From an uncultured bacterium (lineage in GTDB: Bacteria > Patescibacteriota > Minisyncoccia > Phycocordibacterales > UBA6065), in contig CAWJEP010000005.1 in NCBI GenBank assembly GCA_963841935.1, positions 230,003 to 268,473 of the forward strand: 38,471 nt of DNA. Reading direction: 5' to 3'. Shown in pieces: positions 32,353-38,471 of this stretch. Made by a program: the position numbers and the translations under genes. Numbering within the stretch: position 1 is the stretch's first letter; each line of letters starts with the position of its first letter. The notes under the pieces are model-generated. The model was given only the letters and a program-made list of their open reading frames with translations, was not told where the DNA came from and made no database searches.

Positions 32353-32392
32353 TTATATTACCTTCGTATATCCCAAAATATTTACAAAAATA

Positions 32393-32453
32393 CCCCAGCG
32401 TCGGTCGCTAGGGTGATAGTGGGAGTCTATCATAATGGATATTTTTAGGAAAA
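32393..32453. repeat. 61-nt twin-hairpin intergenic repeat, copy 2
   Basis: ccccagcgtcggtcgctagggtgatagtgggagtctatcataatggatatttttaggaaaa. Three of the four differences from copy 1 fall in the loop of hairpin 1. The fourth is at the terminal pair of hairpin 2. Confidence 0.8.
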
Positions 32454-32475
32454 TAAAAAGACTATAAGTGATAGA

Positions 32476-32730
32476 ATGAAACGGATGAAAGAGATATATC
32501 GCATGTGGAAACTAATTTGTTTTTTCAAGGGGAAACAATTGTTTCTAGCTGAGCCCGATCCAATTGACCAATCAATAATTGCGAGTAAAAAAATGCCTGA
32601 ACTCATGGTCAGATCAATTTCTGTTTTAGTTCATAAAAATGACCCAAGAGTTAGAAGGGATAAACTGATGGCATTTTTTACTTCCTATTATTTTTCTGAA
32701 TACGCAGGAGAAGGTAGGGTGTCATTGTGA
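32476..32730 (+). CDS. Hypothetical protein
   Basis: 84-aa ORF in an AT-rich patch. Its TGA overlaps the GTG start of the next ORF (GTGA). No family recognised. Confidence 0.4.
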   Translation: MKRMKEIYRMWKLICFFKGKQLFLAEPDPIDQSIIASKKMPELMVRSISVLVHKNDPRVRRDKLMAFFTSYYFSEYAGEGRVSL

Positions 32731-32993
32731 ATCAACATCCTAATCATCCAGAGCATTTAGCGGAATCAAAATCAATTATAAATAGTTGTGTTACGAATGG
32801 TTTTTTGGCGGAAGATGGAGATGAATTGGTTTATATAACAGGAGAAGGAAAAAAGTTTGCTGATATGGGAGGGTTGATTAGAGAATGGGCAATATACTCA
32901 CAACCTATAAGAGTCTTAATAGGCGTTGGTATTGTTACTTTAATTGCCGATATAGTAGCTATAATTATCTGGATAATAAGGCTATTTTTTTGA
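32727..32993 (+). CDS. Hypothetical protein with C-terminal TM anchor
   Basis: 88-aa ORF that ends IRVLIGVGIVTLIADIVAIIIWIIRLFF. It is coupled to the upstream ORF. No family recognised. Confidence 0.4.
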   Translation: MNQHPNHPEHLAESKSIINSCVTNGFLAEDGDELVYITGEGKKFADMGGLIREWAIYSQPIRVLIGVGIVTLIADIVAIIIWIIRLFF

Positions 32994-33061
32994 AGTTAAG
33001 CGTCTGTCAATGGTGCTACAATGTGAATATCTAAAATTAAAAGTTAAGAAGAAATAAACTT

Positions 33062-33325
33062 ATGTGGAAAAACTGGTATGTTTATGTCATAGGAGTAATT
33101 ATCGGAGCAGTTCTTGTCGCTCTTAATCTTAGTTTTATATGGTTTGTCGTTGTCATAGTTGTGGCATAACTGATTGGTACCCAAATAGATGGTACAAGAA
33201 CAGATGTTAGGGTTGATGAATTGGAAAAAAGAATTGGGGACTTAGAGAATCAAACCCGTCATCTTCGTAAAAGAGCTTCAGAGCAGTATGATGAATATGA
33301 AAGGATAGACCCTTCAATGCCTTAG
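33062..33325 (+). pseudogene. Small TM peptide (35 aa) continued in-frame after a TAA by a 51-codon coiled-coil-like segment
   Basis: Hand translation: MWKNWYVYVIGVIIGAVLVALNLSFIWFVVVIVVA*LIGTQIDGTRTDVRVDELEKRIGDLENQTRHLRKRASEQYDEYERIDPSMP*. The TAA is at 33167..33169. The second stop is at 33323..33325 in the same frame. Confidence 0.3.
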
Positions 33326-35470
33326 GGTAACGTTGTATATAGTTCCCTTAAAATATTTCCTTATATCCCTCAATTTCCTCACCCTCGTTAATTTTTCTTC
33401 CGCCGTTTTGATTTTCTTTTCGGCTTTTTGGATTTTGCCGAATTTCATTTCGAGAGTAGCTATTTCGTCACGAAGAATCGCCGCCGTTTCGAAGTCGAGG
33501 TCTTTCGCCGCATCGTTCATTTGTTTTTCTTTCTGCTTTATCAAAGCTTGCGGATTGTCGGCAAACATTTTCTCGTCGAGAGCGAGCAGGCCTTTCACCG
33601 TTTTCTGATGGTCGCTTTGCATATGCTCGGTGATATCTTTTATGCCCTTGATGATGGTCGTCGGCGTGATGCCGTGTGTCGTATTGTATGCGATTTGAAT
33701 ACCGCGGCGGCGATTGGTCTCCGCCATAGCTCTCTCTATCGAGCCGGTGATGTGGTCGGCGTAAATGATGACACGGCCTAGACTATTTCTCGCGGCGCGG
33801 CCGATGATTTGGATAAGAGACGTCTCGGAACGCAAGAAACCTTCCTTGTCGGCGTCGAGAATGCCGATGAGCGTCACTTCCGGCAAGTCGAGTCCTTCGC
33901 GCAGGAGGTTTACGCCGACGAGAATATCGAATTTGCCGCGGCGAAACTCGGTGAGTATCGTGATGCGGTCTATGGTTTTGATATCGCTATGCAAATATTC
34001 GGCTTTTATTTTTTTCCCCTCCTCATCGGCGGGCAGGCCTTTGAGATAGTCAGCCAAATCTTCCGCCATCTTTTTCGTCAGCGTTGTGGCGATGACACGG
34101 TGACCGTCTTTGACCGATTTTTCCGCCTGAGCGATAAAATCAAAAATCTGTCCCTTGTAATTCCCTTTTTCCGAGACACCGCGCACTTCTATTTCCGGGT
34201 CAAGAAGTCCCGTCGGGCGGATGACTTGCTCGACGATTTGTGTACGATGACTTGCCTCTCATAATCCGCCGGCGTCGCTGACGTGTAGACGACTTGGCCG
34301 ACGCGTTTGTCGAATTCTTCGAATTTGAGCGGTCTATTGTCTCTCGCCGACGGCAAGCGAAAGCCGTGCTCGACGAGCGTTTGCTTTTCGGCTCTGGTCG
34401 CCCGCATACATACCGCGAATTTGGGATACGGTGACGTGGCTTTCGTCGATGACGGTAAGGAAATCCGGCGTGCCGTCGGCTTTGTGCGGAAAATACGCAA
34501 GCAGTGAATCCGGCGGTTCGCCTTCTTTTTTGCCCGAAAAATGTCTCGAATAGTTTTCAATGCCGTTTGTGTATCCGATTTCGCGAATCATTGCGAGGTC
34601 GTATGTCGTGCGGCGTTTCAATCGTTCCGCCTCCAAATTTTTGCCGGCTTTTTTGAGTTCTGCGAGGCGTTCATCAAGCTCGAGCTTTATCGACTCGACC
34701 GCGCGCTTCACATCGTCGTCGGCGGTAATGAAATGTTTCGCCGGAAAGAGAAAGAAAACTTTTTCTTGCTGTATCAGTCGTCGCGTCGTCGGATCTATTT
34801 TTTCAATTGATGCTATAACGTCGCCTTCTATGGAAACGCGGTAAATCATTTTCTCCGACGTCGGCATAATTTCGATTTTATTGGCAATGGCGCGAAAATT
34901 TCCCGGTGAAAGGTCGGCGTTCGTGCGTTCGAAATGAATATCAACTAGTCGGTGGATGAAATCCGTACGGGAAATTTTCGCGCCGACTTCGAGCTTCATA
35001 TTTTCCTTTTCGTATTCGGCGGGAGAACCCAAGCCGTAAATGCAGGAGACCGACGCGACGATTATGACATCTTTGCGCGTAAGCAAAGCTTGCGTCGAAG
35101 CGTGGCGCAGTCGGTCTATTTCTTCGTTTATCATCGCTTCCTTCTCTATATATGTATCGGTCACCGGCATATAGGCTTCGGGCTGATAGTAGTCGTAATA
35201 CGAAACGAAATAATGCACGGCGTTCTCGGGGAAAAATTCCGCGTACTCCTGCGCGAGCTGGGCGGCGAGAGTTTTGTTGTGGGCAATGACGAGTGTCGGC
35301 TTACCTATTTGTTGTATGACATTCGCCATCGTAAACGTCTTGCCCGAGCCCGTGACGCCGAGAAGCGTCTGGTGCCTGTCGCCCTCTTTGAGGCCTTTGA
35401 CAAGCGCCTCGATGGCTTTCGGTTGGTCGCCGGCAGGCTTGTAATCACTATGAAGTTTGAAAACTGACAT
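33314..35470 (-). pseudogene. uvrB: Excinuclease ABC subunit B, frame-broken twice
   Basis: Three consecutive ORFs in different frames together give a collinear UvrB. (1) From ATG 35470: MSVFKLHSDYKPAGDQPKAIEAL...GVTGSGKTFTMANV...YFVSYYDYYQPEAY...[23 protein letters not shown]. (2) [24 protein letters not shown]...[10 protein letters not shown]. (3) [21 protein letters not shown]...TTLTKKMAEDLADYL...YLHSDIKTIDR...VGVNLLREGLDLPEV...DADKEGFLRSETSLIQIIGRAARN... Confidence 0.85.
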
Positions 35471-35498
35471 AAAGGCAAATATACATTGAATATCGGAA

Positions 35499-35528
35499 AT
35501 AAAAAAGCCGACCTCGGGAGGTCGGCTT
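35499..35528 (-). terminator. Rho-independent terminator (minus strand)
   Basis: The minus strand reads aagccgacc-tcccga-ggtcggctt followed by ttttttatttcc. It comes immediately after the stop of the 54-aa ORF and just upstream of uvrB. Confidence 0.65.
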
Positions 35529-35534
35529 GATTTC

Positions 35535-35699
35535 TTACACTGACCTTGCGCGAGCGCGGAAGTCCTGAAGCGAACGGCAGCCGAGGAAAGCAATGAGAGG
35601 AGGGAGAGCGACATTGAATCTGCCGCTGAGCCTTCCATTGCGCCCCACCTGCCGCCCACGCGGAGTTTCGCGCTTCTTTGTGGCGGTTGTGGTTTTCAT
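35535..35699 (-). CDS. Candidate 54-aa basic small protein (alternatively part of a structured ncRNA)
   Basis: Below the ORF-track cutoff. AGGAG lies 6 nt upstream of ATG 35699. Translation: MKTTTATKKRETPRGRQVGRNGRLSGRFNVALPPLIAFLGCRSLQDFRALARSV*. A strong terminator follows. The region is visibly GC-rich with long-range complementarity, so a coding status is uncertain. Confidence 0.3.
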   Translation of the reverse strand: MKTTTATKKRETPRGRQVGRNGRLSGRFNVALPPLIAFLGCRSLQDFRARARSV

Positions 35700-35733
35700 G
35701 TTTCTCCTAGAAGAACATTATCTTTTTCGTCCT

Positions 35734-35775
35734 AAAACGAAACAAGCTCTCGATCTGGTCGAGAGCTTGTTTTTA
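35734..35775. terminator. 12-bp perfect hairpin with T-runs on both strands (bidirectional terminator- or attenuator-like)
   Basis: Stem acaagctctcga / tcgagagcttgt (35742..35753 with 35759..35770), loop tctgg, flanked by aaaacgaa and ttttag. Confidence 0.5.
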
Positions 35776-35821
35776 GTATCGTGTGAAATTTTATTTAGTT
35801 TCCCCTTTTGTTCACAATGCC

Positions 35822-35853
35822 AAAAATAAGCCCTCGACTTATTAGTCGCGAGG
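35822..35853 (-). terminator. Probable tgt terminator
   Basis: The minus strand reads cctcgcgac-taataa-gtcgagg followed by gcttattttt, about 80 nt after the tgt stop. The stem has a 2-nt bulge. Confidence 0.4.
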
Positions 35854-35930
35854 ACCCACTTCGTAATAAACTGTGAACAATATCTTGGCATTGCGCTATT
35901 AATCATATACCCGTCGTTTTTACCTTGCAA

Positions 35931-37127
<1,197 letters not shown>

Positions 37128-37688
37128 TTATTGAGCGGAGGGTGCGGAAGCCGGTGCCACCGATAGAAGTTGAATGGTAAATACCAAAGTCGAGTTCGGA
37201 GGAATCGGACCAACCTGATTTCCTCCGTAGCCGAGGTCCGGAGAAATCACGAGTTCACGCGTGCCGCCGACTTTCATTCCCGCAACTCCTTCATCCCAGC
37301 CCTTGATAACTTGACCGGCGCCAAGCGTAAAAGTAAACGGCTGTCCGTGCGATTGAGAGCTGTCGAAAACCGTGCCGTCGGAAAGCGTGCCGACATAATT
37401 GACCGTCACCTGCTCGCCGGCGACAGCCGGAGTGCCGGTACCGACAGCGGTGTCATAAGCCATAAGCCCCGGAATCGTTGAAATATTTTGCATATTTGTT
37501 GTTTGTGAAGTGGAAGTCGCCGTCGAAGCGTTGAGCGCGGCGGAAGTGGCTTGGTTTTGGGCTTCCGGAGAAGCATTTGAAGGAAAGAATAGCGAGCCGA
37601 ACCACGACGGAAAAACAAAAATAGAAATGACCACGAGAGCGGCGACAACGGCAATCCATTCAATGAATGTTAATTTTCTCATCGGCAA
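37128..37688 (-). CDS. FKBP-type peptidyl-prolyl cis-trans isomerase with N-terminal membrane anchor
   Basis: TM segment IAVVAALVVISIFVF, a Ser/Thr/Ala linker, then GEQVTVNYVGTLSDGTVFDSS...PFTFTLGAGQVIKGWDEGVAGMKVGGTRELVISPDLGYG...IPPNSTLVFTIQLL. Confidence 0.85.
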   Translation of the reverse strand: MPMRKLTFIEWIAVVAALVVISIFVFPSWFGSLFFPSNASPEAQNQATSAALNASTATSTSQTTNMQNISTIPGLMAYDTAVGTGTPAVAGEQVTVNYVGTLSDGTVFDSSQSHGQPFTFTLGAGQVIKGWDEGVAGMKVGGTRELVISPDLGYGGNQVGPIPPNSTLVFTIQLLSVAPASAPSAQ

Positions 37689-37760
37689 TTTTAAATTATT
37701 TATACGCTTTGCATTTTACTACAATAGACCAAAAGAGCAAAGCGCGATAAAATAAGCATT

Positions 37761-38450
37761 ATGTGGAAAAAGAAATCTAATGAAGCCGAGGCGGAGGAAG
37801 AGCCGGTAAAGGAAATAAGTCACGCCGCGGAAAAAAGAATCTCGACGATTTTAAAGGAAGTCCGCGCCGCTTTCACCCTCCTCCACCGCTATCCGAGGCT
37901 CGTGACTTTTTTCGGTTCGTCGCGCGCGACGGAAGACGATAAATATTATCAAGCGGCGCGGCACCTCGCCCACCGCGTAGCCGAGGAACTCGGCTACGCG
38001 GTCATTACCGGCGGCGGCCCCGGTATTATGGAAGCCGCGAACCGCGGAGCCTTTGAAGCCGGCGGCGAAAGCATCGGAATGCAGATCGTCCTGCCTCACG
38101 CCCAAATTCTCAACAAATTCCTGACCGATCATCTGACTTTTTATTTTCTTTTCGTCCGCCGGCTCTCGCTTTCGTTCACGGCGGAAACTTACGTATTCTT
38201 CCCCGGCGGCTACGGCACACTCGACGAATTCTTCGAAGTCATCGAGCTCATTCAAACGCGCAAAATCCATCCTTTGCCCGTGATTCTCTGGGGCAAAGAA
38301 TATTGGGAGCCACTCGATGCTTTCATCAAAGAGCATCTGCTCGGCAAATTTAAAATGATAGACACCGAAGACTGCGATATTTACACCATCACGGAAAACG
38401 AAGACGAAATTCTCGCCATCATCAAAAAAGCTCCGCTAAGAAAAGAGTAA
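37761..38450 (+). CDS. LOG family protein (TIGR00730; cytokinin riboside 5'-monophosphate phosphoribohydrolase-like)
   Basis: VTFFGSSRATEDDKYYQAARHLAHRV...AVITGGGPGIMEAANRGA...GMQIVLPHAQ...VFFPGGYGTLDEFFEVIELIQT: the GGGxGxMxA and PGGxGTxxE signatures. Confidence 0.85.
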   Translation: MWKKKSNEAEAEEEPVKEISHAAEKRISTILKEVRAAFTLLHRYPRLVTFFGSSRATEDDKYYQAARHLAHRVAEELGYAVITGGGPGIMEAANRGAFEAGGESIGMQIVLPHAQILNKFLTDHLTFYFLFVRRLSLSFTAETYVFFPGGYGTLDEFFEVIELIQTRKIHPLPVILWGKEYWEPLDAFIKEHLLGKFKMIDTEDCDIYTITENEDEILAIIKKAPLRKE

Positions 38451-38471
38451 ACCATATCGTCTTTTACTTCA

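Noticed and set aside
31135-33325. Calling the TA/orphan/AT-rich region a mobile element or prophage remnant
   Set aside because: No integrase, transposase, recombinase or terminal inverted repeats are visible. Only the 61-nt direct repeats and the compositional shift point that way. It is reported as a hypothesis, not annotated as a mobile element.
26911-35470. Programmed ribosomal frameshifting in the uvr genes
   Set aside because: The four breaks need different directions (+1 once, -1 three times). No X XXY YYZ heptamer or shared context is visible, and no long poly-A tract is present for transcriptional slippage. Simple indels (real or artefactual) are the more parsimonious explanation.
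35531-35740. RNase P, SRP/4.5S, tmRNA or 6S RNA identity for the GC-rich spacer
   Set aside because: - A GAGGAAAG string resembles the RNase P P4 motif, but the following GUCCGGGC is absent and the region is too short.
- There is no GGAA-tetraloop / AGCA helix-8 signature for SRP.
- There are no tRNA-like ends for tmRNA.

I left it as an unassigned candidate instead.
35718-35930. 70-aa minus-strand ORF directly downstream of tgt
   Set aside because: It spans two terminator-like hairpins and the AT-rich spacer. It has no ribosome-binding site or recognisable motif and is likely non-coding.

Overview
This 38.5-kb window looks like chromosome from a small-genome, Patescibacteria/CPR-like bacterium. 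That assignment is inferred from gene content and compact operon style. The code is standard: TGA is used as a stop. Nearly all genes lie on the minus strand in tightly packed operons, often with ATGA start/stop overlaps.

Layout, left to right:
1. 1-7858: a glycan-synthesis island. It holds 3 paralogous GT-A-like genes, 2 paralogous GT2 genes, 2 more putative transferases, 3 methyltransferases and an RmlD-like reductase.
2. 7860-11101, same transcriptional direction: a Zn-ribbon/beta-rich protein, a 76-aa protein with a twin-arginine signal, tatA, two unannotated 31-aa TM-only tatA-like minigenes, tatC (with an internal 54-bp tandem duplication) and a secreted surface protein.
3. 11187-14720: ychF, a small membrane protein, a flavodoxin-like NAD(P)H oxidoreductase, zwf and a membrane protein.
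4. 14730-15682: tRNA Pro-Val-Ala (+) and Ala-Pro (-) converging on one small ORF.
5. 15706-22230: an eight-gene operon, acpS / FkbH-type loader / ACP / MaoC dehydratase / SDR / MBOAT / two DltD-like SGNH proteins. I read it as a Dlt-like, carrier-protein-dependent envelope-acylation system with a non-canonical loader. This is my best candidate for an undescribed system.
6. 22356-25632: a membrane-anchored cohesin-like protein (frame-broken) next to an 858-aa ice-binding-like (DUF3494) / beta-helix surface protein with a dockerin-like C-terminus.
7. 25824-26884: tRNA-Ala(UGC) overlapping the 3' end of ddl.
8. 26911-35470: uvrC, uvrA, a stand-alone GIY-YIG gene, a RelE/ParE-antitoxin islet flanked by a 61-nt twin-hairpin repeat, an AT-rich patch of small ORFs, and uvrB. 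All three uvr genes are frame-broken (4 frameshifts in total), while other conserved genes are intact.
9. 35499-38450: a GC-rich hairpin-bounded intergenic region (54-aa ORF or ncRNA), tgt, an FKBP isomerase and a LOG-family protein.

I saw no rRNA, CRISPR array, transposase or integrase.
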